A program made the translations under genes and the position numbers. A stretch of 64,000 nucleotides of DNA from a virus (lineage: Duplodnaviria; Caudoviricetes), in IMG/VR virus record IMGVR_UViG_3300028864_000017; one strand, given 5' to 3'. Numbering within the stretch: the first letter of the stretch is position 1; every line of letters begins with the position of its first letter. This document shows positions 37,668 through 46,708 of the stretch, in pieces. The notes beneath the pieces were generated by a model. The model was not told the origin of the DNA. It made no database searches and was given only the letters and a program-made list of their open reading frames with translations.

Positions 37668-38411
37668 TCATAAAAATTTACTGTGTATATCTGCTTCCCA
37701 TTCATTTGAAGGATATGTTAGTTCTCTTACATCAAATATTTCAGAAATATAATAATCTCCGTTTCTTCTTCTACTATATCCTAAAACTGAATCATATCCA
37801 GCATCTCTAACAGAATTTGCTATTATATTTTCTTGGATTGCATATCTTATTAGATTTGATTGTTTACTATTTATTATCATATCATATCCTAAATCACAAT
37901 TTTCACTATAATCAGATTTTTTATTGTATTTAGTTAATAATTCTCCTATATTCTCTGGTTGTATATTACGTTTTCTTAATATGAACTCGTAAATATCATT
38001 TAATAATTTTTTATTTGAACCTTTTCCATTAATTTTATCATATGCATTTTCAGGTACTTTACCGCCAGTAGCTCCTTTTATAAAAAGTGGATTTTTTAAT
38101 AAAATTTCACCTTCGTATTTATCTGTTCCTCCATATCCACTTTTTCCTCCTCTATATTCTTTGATGTTTTTATCTTCAATTGGTAGATAGAATACACCAG
38201 TTCTTATTGATGTTTCTCCGTCTTGTTCTGGCTTTTGGTAACGAACAACATTTAGTAATAGTCCATCATCTAATATTTTTGTTCCTGTTGTATTTTCTAC
38301 AGCTGACATAAAAATTTCGTCATTTAATGGTAATTCTGTTTTATATTTTAGTGATCTTGTTCTATCAGGTGATATATGTTCATTGATAAATATTTCAAAT
38401 TTTGTTTTCAT
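37668..38411 (-). CDS. hypothetical protein, possibly ADP-ribosyltransferase-like fold
   Basis: VRYQ...GVFYL...YGG...LKNPL...AGYDSV pattern; N-terminus MKTKFEIFINE. Confidence 0.45.
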   Translation of the reverse strand: MKTKFEIFINEHISPDRTRSLKYKTELPLNDEIFMSAVENTTGTKILDDGLLLNVVRYQKPEQDGETSIRTGVFYLPIEDKNIKEYRGGKSGYGGTDKYEGEILLKNPLFIKGATGGKVPENAYDKINGKGSNKKLLNDIYEFILRKRNIQPENIGELLTKYNKKSDYSENCDLGYDMIINSKQSNLIRYAIQENIIANSVRDAGYDSVLGYSRRRNGDYYISEIFDVRELTYPSNEWEADIHSKFL

Positions 38412-38474
38412 ATTTGTATATATTAATAAACAAATTTAGATTTTTTAAATAGATAATAAATATAAAAAATAAAA

Positions 38475-39248
38475 ATGTACTACGTAATACAAGAAAATAC
38501 TTTCAAAGAAGAAAATTATGATAATTTAGTTGAAACATTAGATAGAATGAAATTACCTTATGAAGTAGTTAAGGTTTTGCCATTTGTAGAAGATTTTGAG
38601 TTTAAAACTAATAGAAAAGATGTATTTTGCTTTGGTTCTGTTAAAATGGCAAGATTAGCAAAAAAATACAAATGGTTTCCTGGTTCTCAATTGAATGATA
38701 ATCATGATTATAGAGTTTATAGTAAATATTACAAGGAAAATTTGTTGAATTATGATTCAATAGTTCAAAAATTTGGAGATGATATTAATGAAAGGACTTT
38801 ATTTTTTGCTAGACCGTGTGAAGATACAAAAACATTTACTGGAAAGGTATTTGATATGTATGAATGGATAGAATTTAGAGATAATCATTTGAATAGTGAA
38901 TATGAAACTTCATTAACAAAAGATACTGATATTCAAGTTAGTTCTGTTAAAAAAATAACAAAAGAATTTAGGTTTTGGATAGTTGGAGGAAAAGTTGTGA
39001 CTGGAAGTCTATATAGAATGGGATATTTTATTAATAGAAGTGAATTAGTTGATGATGGAGCATTAGAATTTTGCAAAGAAATGGTTAGTATTTATAATAT
39101 ATCAAATTCTTTTGTGATGGATATTTGTGAAGTGATTATTGATGGTAATCCTGAATATAAAATAATTGAATTGGGATGTATTAATTCGGCAGGTTTTTAT
39201 TCTGCAAATATGCCTAAGTTAATTAATGCTCTTGAAGAAGAATTTTAA
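38475..39248 (+). CDS. ATP-grasp domain protein (R2K/DUF4343-like)
   Basis: FARPCEDTKTFTG, EFRFWIVGGKVVTGSLY, FVMDI, IIELGCINSAGFY. Confidence 0.85.
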   Translation: MYYVIQENTFKEENYDNLVETLDRMKLPYEVVKVLPFVEDFEFKTNRKDVFCFGSVKMARLAKKYKWFPGSQLNDNHDYRVYSKYYKENLLNYDSIVQKFGDDINERTLFFARPCEDTKTFTGKVFDMYEWIEFRDNHLNSEYETSLTKDTDIQVSSVKKITKEFRFWIVGGKVVTGSLYRMGYFINRSELVDDGALEFCKEMVSIYNISNSFVMDICEVIIDGNPEYKIIELGCINSAGFYSANMPKLINALEEEF

Positions 39249-39263
39249 AAAATTATATATTAT

Positions 39264-39656
39264 ATGAGAGATGGTAAGAATGCTAAAGTTGAATTTTTGA
39301 GTACAATATCAAGCTACAAATTGATAGCATCAGAAATAAATTATAGAGATATAGATGGAATTGAGCATGATATTAAATTAAAACCATTATTCAATAAAAA
39401 TGAATATGATATTTTTTTAGAATCATTGAATCATGAATATGATGATGGATTTGGTGGTCAAAATTTATATGGTGTAATATTTTGTGAAGATGCAGTATGG
39501 ATGCAAAGAGGCGAATATGATGGTAGTGAATGGTGGGATACCTATCAATATCCTGATATGAGGAAATCATTTACTGAGTCAGATGTTCTAAAATATGAAA
39601 GAAATAAAAAATTGAAAGTTATTGGTGAATTATCTCAAAACAGGACCATCATCTAA
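39264..39656 (+). CDS. hypothetical phage protein
   Basis: YDDGFGGQNLYG, WMQRGEYDGSEWW motifs. Confidence 0.8.
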   Translation: MRDGKNAKVEFLSTISSYKLIASEINYRDIDGIEHDIKLKPLFNKNEYDIFLESLNHEYDDGFGGQNLYGVIFCEDAVWMQRGEYDGSEWWDTYQYPDMRKSFTESDVLKYERNKKLKVIGELSQNRTII

Positions 39657-39777
39657 TAATATATAATCATATTAGATTAATATAATTTATTAATAAAAAT
39701 AAAACTTTATTAACAAATTAAGATATATTCTAAAAAATCAATCAATGAGTTGATTATAAAAACAAACAAAATATATT

Positions 39778-39957
39778 ATGGAAGAAATTTATGCACAAAT
39801 TCTTGAACAATTCGAAATTGTAAAAGAAAAACATGAAAAATTTGTCACAAAAGGAAATAAAACAGCAGAAGCTGAAGTTAGAAAAGCTTTTGGTGAAATT
39901 AAGAAATTGGTGACTCCTTATAGACAAGCATCTGTTGAAGCTACTACAAAAAAGTAA
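39778..39957 (+). CDS. histone H1/Hc1-like small protein (59 aa, not in ORF track)
   Basis: KGNKTAEAEVRKAFGEIKKLVTPYRQASV resembles the Bacteroidota histone-H1-like KGNKAAxxRARKA...RKAS pattern. Confidence 0.7.
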   Translation: MEEIYAQILEQFEIVKEKHEKFVTKGNKTAEAEVRKAFGEIKKLVTPYRQASVEATTKK

Positions 39958-39975
39958 TCATACGATTAAAAGGTT

Positions 39976-40009
39976 AAAAAGAGGATTATTTTATAATCCT
40001 CTTTTTTTT
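39976..40009 (+). terminator. intrinsic terminator
   Basis: aaaaagaggattat-ttt-ataatcctctttttttt. Confidence 0.85.
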
Positions 40010-40029
40010 ATGAAAATTTTTTTGTATAT

Positions 40030-40455
40030 TTGTATATGAAAACGTATAAAGGAAATATTTTAAAATTAAAGTCAAATCAAATATTTGTGTTTGGTTCTAA
40101 TACACAAGGAAGACACGGAAAAGGTGCAGCACTTAAAGCTAAAGAAAGATTTGGTGCTATATATGGACAATCATGTGGATTACAAGGACAATCCTATGCA
40201 ATAGTAACAAAAAATTTGACTAAATATAATCATCCATCAGTGAGTTCTGAATACATTATTGATCAAATAAAAAAATTATATTTATTTGCTAAAGAAAATA
40301 ATAATTTAGAATTCATAATTGCGTATTCAGGAACAAAAATTAATCTTAATGGTTATTCTAATCAAGAGATGGCTAATATGTTTTTTATTGAAGAGCCGCC
40401 AAGAAATATAGTATTTGAAGAAAATTTCTCAAAATTAAAATTAGAAGACATTTAA
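40030..40455 (+). CDS. macro-like phage non-structural protein (A1S_2505-like; likely start 40036)
   Basis: IFVFGSNTQGRHGKGAAL..FGA.YG...GQSYAIVT. Confidence 0.75.
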   Translation: MYMKTYKGNILKLKSNQIFVFGSNTQGRHGKGAALKAKERFGAIYGQSCGLQGQSYAIVTKNLTKYNHPSVSSEYIIDQIKKLYLFAKENNNLEFIIAYSGTKINLNGYSNQEMANMFFIEEPPRNIVFEENFSKLKLEDI

Positions 40456-40456
40456 A

Positions 40457-40765
40457 ATGACAAAGAAAGTATTTTTAGAAAAACTAAAATTGATAGATAC
40501 GCCTACAATACAGGAACTTACTAATTGTGATACATTAAATACATTTGAATATTGTATTAAGATATATGGATTAAACTATAAAGGCGAATATGCTAAGGAT
40601 AACTATTTTTATACTGAGTTTTGTTCATGTAATAAATGGTCAGGTGATGAAAAATATGAAAAATATCTAATAAGAACAACAAAAATGAAGGAAAAATATT
40701 TTAGGTGGTTCAGAGAATGTTCCAATGGTAAATATTATTTCATTAGAAATATAGTAAAAATTTAA
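40457..40765 (+). CDS. hypothetical protein
   Basis: ORF track. Confidence 0.65.
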   Translation: MTKKVFLEKLKLIDTPTIQELTNCDTLNTFEYCIKIYGLNYKGEYAKDNYFYTEFCSCNKWSGDEKYEKYLIRTTKMKEKYFRWFRECSNGKYYFIRNIVKI

Positions 40766-40776
40766 TAGATAAAAAT

Positions 40777-41235
40777 ATGATAATAGATAAAATGATTGCA
40801 TTGATTGCTCATGATTACAGAAAATCTGATATGATTGAATGGGTTAAATATAACGCAGAAACGTTACAGAAAAATAAATTGGTTTGTACTGGAACAACAG
40901 GTAAATTAATTAAAGAATGTTTAGATGAATATTGTGAATCTAAAAATATTGATAAAGTTTCAATGATGATTATGAATTCTGGACCACTTGGAGGTGACGC
41001 AGAAATAGCATCCATGGTAGTTAAAGATGAAATTGATATGTGTATATTTTTGATTGATGATCTTAATGCAAATCCACATCAAGCAGATATTCAGATGTTA
41101 CTACGTCAATGTAGACTACATGATATTCCAGTTGCATGTAATCGTCATTCTGCTGATTTGATGATAACCTCAGACTTATGGGGTACTGATTATAAACCAT
41201 CTTTACCAACATATAAAAAATATAATAGAGAATAA
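40777..41235 (+). CDS. mgsA: methylglyoxal synthase
   Basis: IALIAHD..K, TGTTG, SGPLGGD, PHQADI..LLR, IPVACN..SAD. Confidence 0.93.
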   Translation: MIIDKMIALIAHDYRKSDMIEWVKYNAETLQKNKLVCTGTTGKLIKECLDEYCESKNIDKVSMMIMNSGPLGGDAEIASMVVKDEIDMCIFLIDDLNANPHQADIQMLLRQCRLHDIPVACNRHSADLMITSDLWGTDYKPSLPTYKKYNRE

Positions 41236-41237
41236 AT

Positions 41238-41756
41238 ATGTCGTATATTGTAGTAGATGTTGAATCTGATGGAAAATTGTTAGGTGAAAACTCAATGGTT
41301 TGCTTCGGTGCCGTAATAGTTGAACCAAGTTTAACTAAAACTTTTTATGGTAAAACAAAACCAATTTCTGAGGTTTATGATAAAGAATCACTATCAATTA
41401 GTGGATTCTCAAGAGAGGAGCATGAGTCTTTTGATGATCCAGAAAAAGTGATGTTGAATTTCACAAAATGGATATTAGAAAACTCAAATGGTAGGCCAAT
41501 TTTAATATCAGATAATAATGGATATGACTTTTCTTGGATAAATTGGTATATGATTAAATATACAGGTGAGAATCCTTTTGGATGGTCAAGTCGTAGAATA
41601 GGAGATTTATATTGTGGTATGATGAAAGATTCTTATGCAAAATGGAAGCATTTAAGAAAAACAAATCACTCACATCATCCAATTGATGATGCAATAGGAA
41701 ATGCTGAAGCAATATTAGAAATGCAAAAAATGGGATTAAAAATAAAATTAAAATAA
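41238..41756 (+). CDS. DEDDh 3'-5' exonuclease
   Basis: VVDVESDG, NGYDFSW, HHPIDDA. Confidence 0.85.
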   Translation: MSYIVVDVESDGKLLGENSMVCFGAVIVEPSLTKTFYGKTKPISEVYDKESLSISGFSREEHESFDDPEKVMLNFTKWILENSNGRPILISDNNGYDFSWINWYMIKYTGENPFGWSSRRIGDLYCGMMKDSYAKWKHLRKTNHSHHPIDDAIGNAEAILEMQKMGLKIKLK

Positions 41757-41761
41757 ATTGT

Positions 41762-42199
41762 ATGTATTCAGTGTATGAGGAATTAATAGGTAAGATTATA
41801 ATTAAGATAGATAAATGTGTAAATGATGATAATAATGAAGATAATATAACATTTTATTTATCAAATGGAGAAATTTATGAGTTATGTCATTATGATGATT
41901 GTTGTGAAAGTGTATCAATAGAAGATATAAATGGAGATTTGGATGATTTGATAGGATATAAATTAATTCAAGCAGAAGAATCATATGAAGATGATAAAAA
42001 TGCATCAGAATCTGGTACTTGGTCATTTTATAAATTTGGTACATCAAAAGGTTATGTAACTATACGTTGGTATGGAACATCTAATGGTTATTATAGTGAA
42101 ACTGCAAGTATGAATAAAATTGATAAAACATTATCAATTAAAGAACTTAGAAATTATAAATTATGTAAGATAGAAAATATAAAAAAAGAGTCAATTTAA
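41762..42199 (+). CDS. hypothetical phage protein
   Basis: HYDDCCESVSIEDI, WSFYK, IRWYGTSNGYYSE motifs. Confidence 0.8.
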   Translation: MYSVYEELIGKIIIKIDKCVNDDNNEDNITFYLSNGEIYELCHYDDCCESVSIEDINGDLDDLIGYKLIQAEESYEDDKNASESGTWSFYKFGTSKGYVTIRWYGTSNGYYSETASMNKIDKTLSIKELRNYKLCKIENIKKESI

Positions 42200-42214
42200 A
42201 TTGACTCTTTTTTT
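42181..42214. terminator. bidirectional intrinsic terminator
   Basis: aaaaaaagagtcaa-tttaaa-ttgactcttttttt between convergent genes. Confidence 0.85.
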
Positions 42215-42986
42215 ATACTATTAGTTCTAATGAAATTAGTAATGTGGTATTTGCATTGTCAATTAATATAAAAGTATCAAAAACATATACTGTTATTTCA
42301 TTTTCTGTAAAAGTTATAGATTTGAAATATTTCTTAGGAAAAGTTATAGATAATTCATCATGCTCAATTTTACATATTTCTAAATCCCAATTATTCTCAC
42401 CAATTGTAAGTGCATTATCAATTACATTTAATGTTAAAATATCATTTTCACTGTCTATACTGCCTATTTTTTTTATTTTCAAAAAGGAATTTTTATCAAG
42501 TGAAAATTGAAAATCTATTAAATCTTTATTTAGAACTGATGCAATCATATTCATGTCAATATTAGTATTTACTGCTCTACAATCTCCTCCAGTTATACTT
42601 AATTTTAGTTTTGAATTCTTTAATTTAAAATTATCTACATAAGTGTCATCATTCATAAAAAATTCACATTTTATGGTTTCTTGATAATCTAAATAATTTC
42701 TAAGAGTAATTTCAAACTTTTTTGCATCGGTTATAATAAATCTTATTTCTTTTTCTATATCTGATACAAATGAAAAAATTTCATCTGTTTTAAAAATATA
42801 TGATTTGAATGCGTTTATATTATTTTTTTCACCAACAGCAGCGTATAGTAATATTTTTTCTTTGTCTATTTTTAATAGAATTTCATTATCTATCGCTGTT
42901 AAATCATGAACTTTTTCTAAGAAAAATGCTAATTGTATTAAATCCATTGAGAATTTATAAGAAATTGATGTAGGTATTGTTGCCAT
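42213..42986 (-). CDS. probable DNA polymerase sliding clamp (gp45-like)
   Basis: 257 aa, two-domain alternating beta pattern typical of clamp subunits; no diagnostic motif, inference. Confidence 0.45.
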   Translation of the reverse strand: MATIPTSISYKFSMDLIQLAFFLEKVHDLTAIDNEILLKIDKEKILLYAAVGEKNNINAFKSYIFKTDEIFSFVSDIEKEIRFIITDAKKFEITLRNYLDYQETIKCEFFMNDDTYVDNFKLKNSKLKLSITGGDCRAVNTNIDMNMIASVLNKDLIDFQFSLDKNSFLKIKKIGSIDSENDILTLNVIDNALTIGENNWDLEICKIEHDELSITFPKKYFKSITFTENEITVYVFDTFILIDNANTTLLISLELIV

Positions 42987-43110
42987 TTGTGTTTGATTTT
43001 AATTTATCTAATATATAATTTTTTTAAAATATTGTTTGTTAAAAATATAAAATTATTTATATATATAGACAAAAATATGTATATTTGCACTTTAAAAATA
43101 ATTGATAATA

Positions 43111-43497
43111 ATGATAACAAATTTTAAAACATTTGAATCATATAATAAAATGATAAAAGAATATATACTACAGTATCCAATTTCTAGAAGTGGTAAAGTT
43201 GGCGGAGAAGGTACACACGTAATGTGCTTACCTAGTGATGAATATCCTAAAAAATATTGGAATAAAATTATATTTGTTTCTGTTGATACACAAGGTAAAT
43301 ATCAATTACGTGATATGACAGGATCAAATAAAGAAAGATTGACAACTTTTGGTGGCTACTATAGTTTATTCTTTGGTTCTGCAATTCCAAATAAGCATTT
43401 TAGATGGATACCAAATTCTGTAATATATGATAGAGTTGGTAATAAAGTTGGTAATGTAGATGAAGTTCAGATAGATTCTGAAAAATATAACATATAA
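43111..43497 (+). CDS. hypothetical protein, terminal-tag family (start revised to 43111)
   Basis: MITNFKTFE...EKYNI. Confidence 0.75.
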   Translation: MITNFKTFESYNKMIKEYILQYPISRSGKVGGEGTHVMCLPSDEYPKKYWNKIIFVSVDTQGKYQLRDMTGSNKERLTTFGGYYSLFFGSAIPNKHFRWIPNSVIYDRVGNKVGNVDEVQIDSEKYNI

Positions 43498-43534
43498 AAA
43501 TTAAGAGTTTATAATATAAACTCTTAATTTTTTT
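43496..43534. terminator. bidirectional intrinsic terminator
   Basis: aaaaattaagagttt-ataatat-aaactcttaattttttt. Confidence 0.85.
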
Positions 43535-45617
43535 ATCTTCCAGGATATCTTGGACCAGAAATTGCAGGAGTTCTCCTATATATTCTACTGTGTGCTCCAA
43601 TTATTCCTGCTGTATTTTCAGACATACTTGTAATATTTTCAACATATCTTAGCATATCTCCTTGTATATTATTATTTACATATAATTCTACTAAGTTTTT
43701 ATATCCTATATTATCAAAGCATGTGGATAGTGTTATCGTTGTCATTACAACATCATCATTGCCACTCTCAGCTTTGTATGTAATCATACCAGAAGTTGTC
43801 TCATGCTTACTAAAAGTGGTTATTTCCTTTATGTTTATCTCACTGTGTAATATCATTTTTCTATTTCTAATAGATTGTTGAAATTCTTTATCGATAATTA
43901 GATGTTTATCTTTACTTAATTTCATTCCTATCTTGCCTGCTATGTCTTCTCTATTGTGTTTATATCTTAAGAATACTGAGTTTGAGTAATTGTTTTTACC
44001 ATCAAATACATTAGGTAAATGAGCCAATAATTCAGAACCATATGTATTATATTCAAGTACAATTTTTGTTTTTTCTGGATCAAATAACTCAAATGCTATT
44101 AGATATAGCATATGTGCAAGTTCTCTTATTGAATATAAATTATTTCTGAATAATCCTATCTGTTCAAGTTTAAATAAATCTTGTATGTTATCATATTGAT
44201 ATTTTTCTATTTCATTTTTGTCTCTTAATGCTAATCTAAATATATTTATAACAGAATAATCCTTTGCTAATCCTTCTGATAAGTCAATTGATAATACAGT
44301 ATAATAATCTTTTGCTCTTGCAACATTAAACAGATTTAAATCTTTTACGAATTTCAAAGAATCATATGGAAATTTAAATTTATCAAATTGATTTATATTT
44401 ATATTATCAAAAGGTATTTGATAACTTTTCAATAAATCAATAGTGTCTTTATTAAATAGAATTTTATCTCCAGTGACAAAATGTAAGCCGTATTCTTGAT
44501 CAAATTTATCAGATGATAATAATAATTTTGTTTCTTCTTCTTGCCAATTGCTAACAATTGCCAATTCAGGTAAAGGAATTCCATTTATTCTTATTTTTCT
44601 TATATTTTCTATGTGTGTTTTTTCATCTTTTATATTGTACGCTACACAGTCAAACATATCTTCTCCTATATATTTTTTATATAATGTTATATCATATTTG
44701 TCTCTTATTTCACGTAGTAATGCAGATTTTGCTATATTATATTTTTTTAATTTAGCTTCCATTATTTTAATTTTTGTGTCCTCTCTTCCTGGTACTTGAT
44801 TCCACAAAACTCTCATTGCCTTATATGGATTTTTTAATGGGTCGTCCTCTGGTAATTCAGCGTTTGTGAATAATTCCCAAAACATATTATATCCATTTGG
44901 TGTAGATGTTATTACTATATGTGAATTATTAACTGATGATACTACTGGAATTATAGCTCCATAATAATCTCGAATGAAATTTTCTGGAATGTGAGCAAAC
45001 TCATCAAGATAAAGAAAGTCAATTGTAAATCCAATTGATGGATCTTTTGTTCTATTTTCTGTTTGAATTCTGGAATTATTTTCAAATGCAATTTGAGTTT
45101 CATTCCAGTTAGTCACTCCTTTTTTAAGAAAGAATGGTACCAACTTATAAATATCTTTTATTTTTCTTATAATTTCTTTAACTGTCTTTCCTTTATTTGC
45201 AACAACCATACAACCTTTATCATCATTAAATAGAACAAAATGTAATAATACAATAGCAGCAGAAACTGTCTTACCTGTTTGTCTACTTGCCATTAATATA
45301 CTTCTTGGATTTTTTGTGTATAAGTCAATAATATCTTTTTGATAATCACGTAATTTCATAGGACCAATTGATCCATCTTCTCTTTTAATTTGACAATAAT
45401 GCTCAGCAAAATATTGTACATTTATTTTACATTTTATATATTCTTCAAATTCTAACTCAGTCATAGCAAAAGTTAAATTTGTTCTACGAATACCTCTCAT
45501 GTTAGAGAACCACAGTTTTTCAAATCTTTTTAAAGGTTTGCCTAAATTTTCTTTTATTGTTATTTCATTGACAAGTTCTGTTGTTAATATAAAATCTTCA
45601 ACTTTATTTTCAGCCAT
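43533..45617 (-). CDS. terL: terminase large subunit, T4 gp17-like
   Basis: LRDYQ, ASRQTGKT (Walker A), LDEFAH (Walker B), ITSTPNG, SIDLSEG nuclease, NDDVVM. Confidence 0.95.
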   Translation of the reverse strand: MAENKVEDFILTTELVNEITIKENLGKPLKRFEKLWFSNMRGIRRTNLTFAMTELEFEEYIKCKINVQYFAEHYCQIKREDGSIGPMKLRDYQKDIIDLYTKNPRSILMASRQTGKTVSAAIVLLHFVLFNDDKGCMVVANKGKTVKEIIRKIKDIYKLVPFFLKKGVTNWNETQIAFENNSRIQTENRTKDPSIGFTIDFLYLDEFAHIPENFIRDYYGAIIPVVSSVNNSHIVITSTPNGYNMFWELFTNAELPEDDPLKNPYKAMRVLWNQVPGREDTKIKIMEAKLKKYNIAKSALLREIRDKYDITLYKKYIGEDMFDCVAYNIKDEKTHIENIRKIRINGIPLPELAIVSNWQEEETKLLLSSDKFDQEYGLHFVTGDKILFNKDTIDLLKSYQIPFDNININQFDKFKFPYDSLKFVKDLNLFNVARAKDYYTVLSIDLSEGLAKDYSVINIFRLALRDKNEIEKYQYDNIQDLFKLEQIGLFRNNLYSIRELAHMLYLIAFELFDPEKTKIVLEYNTYGSELLAHLPNVFDGKNNYSNSVFLRYKHNREDIAGKIGMKLSKDKHLIIDKEFQQSIRNRKMILHSEINIKEITTFSKHETTSGMITYKAESGNDDVVMTTITLSTCFDNIGYKNLVELYVNNNIQGDMLRYVENITSMSENTAGIIGAHSRIYRRTPAISGPRYPGR

Positions 45618-46020
45618 AATTCATAATTTTTTTTATTTCTTCATAATTTTCTTCTGTTAATCCAATCCAACCTTTGCAGTGTATTATATTATCAACATAA
45701 GGTGAAATTTCAGAAATTTTATCATCAATAATCACATATTTATCATGATTATTATTTATTAACCATTTTTTTATTTCTAATCCTCTTAAAGAATTCAAAA
45801 TAGGAGTATAATCATATATCTTTGATTCAACACCTTGTAAATAAAATATTTTTTGTAATTCTTCAATTGTATATCTAACTCTCCATGTTGATATTATAAT
45901 AGGAATCAAACTAAAATCTTCGCAAATTCTATTATATATATCAATGCATTTTTTACTCCATATTTTTTTATATTTAGGATTCAAAACGCCATCAATATCA
46001 GTAAATATATAATTATTCAT
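45610..46020 (-). CDS. HAD-domain protein (Swiss-army-knife RNA-repair HAD-like)
   Basis: IFTDIDGVLN, IISTWR, RGLEIKKWL, YVIIDD. Confidence 0.8.
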   Translation of the reverse strand: MNNYIFTDIDGVLNPKYKKIWSKKCIDIYNRICEDFSLIPIIISTWRVRYTIEELQKIFYLQGVESKIYDYTPILNSLRGLEIKKWLINNNHDKYVIIDDKISEISPYVDNIIHCKGWIGLTEENYEEIKKIMNYG

Positions 46021-46384
46021 AAATAAACTCTATATTATATCCTTTTATTAAAAAATCCAATCTTAGAATGTCTTGTAAAGTTCCTTCATATAAATACAAA
46101 TCAAAATTATAGCCAATTGCCAATAGTTCTGGTATGTATGTTTGAATTTGTTCATCTACTAATTTTTTTAGTGTATCAGTAGTGACATTGGTTTGCCAAA
46201 GATAATATTCCAAATTTGCTCCCATATCTTCATCACCCAGAACATCTCCTTTATTTGTGTATAATATCATTTCTAATTTTTGAACTATAACTTCGACATC
46301 ATCATCTTCGATAATTTTATCTGAAGTATATTTTGGATGTCCAGGATATCTTATTGTAAAATCTTTTACGTCATTTAGAGCCAT
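46013..46384 (-). CDS. baseplate wedge protein, gp25-like
   Basis: LEMILYTNKGDVLGDEDMGANLEYYLW; size and position upstream of terL. Confidence 0.7.
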   Translation of the reverse strand: MALNDVKDFTIRYPGHPKYTSDKIIEDDDVEVIVQKLEMILYTNKGDVLGDEDMGANLEYYLWQTNVTTDTLKKLVDEQIQTYIPELLAIGYNFDLYLYEGTLQDILRLDFLIKGYNIEFIYE

Positions 46385-46429
46385 TTTAAACCTTGTTTTT
46401 TTATATATATAAAAAAAGATACATTATAA

Positions 46430-46708
46430 ATGGATGAGTCAAATTTTATATCGGTTATAGATTACATAGGAAAAATAAATAATGGAGTGGCTGTGCTATT
46501 ATCTATGAAAGTTATTGATAAAATATATGAATTTGTGTATTGGTTTGATCCAGAAGATGAATATTTATTGTCTTGTGATGATAATTTTTTAAATGATTAT
46601 AATATAAAAATTATTTATGAATATAAAAATTATAAAAAACTCGCTTATTATATACATAACTTTGTATTAGATAACAAAGAAGATATAATTAACGAGTTCT
46701 TGAAATAA
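46430..46708 (+). CDS. hypothetical protein
   Basis: ORF track. Confidence 0.7.
   Translation: MDESNFISVIDYIGKINNGVAVLLSMKVIDKIYEFVYWFDPEDEYLLSCDDNFLNDYNIKIIYEYKNYKKLAYYIHNFVLDNKEDIINEFLK

Noticed and set aside
43533-45617. Intein or homing endonuclease in terL or the polymerase
   Set aside because: The insertions lack Cys/Ser-start and His-Asn-end splice motifs and LAGLIDADG/HNH signatures.
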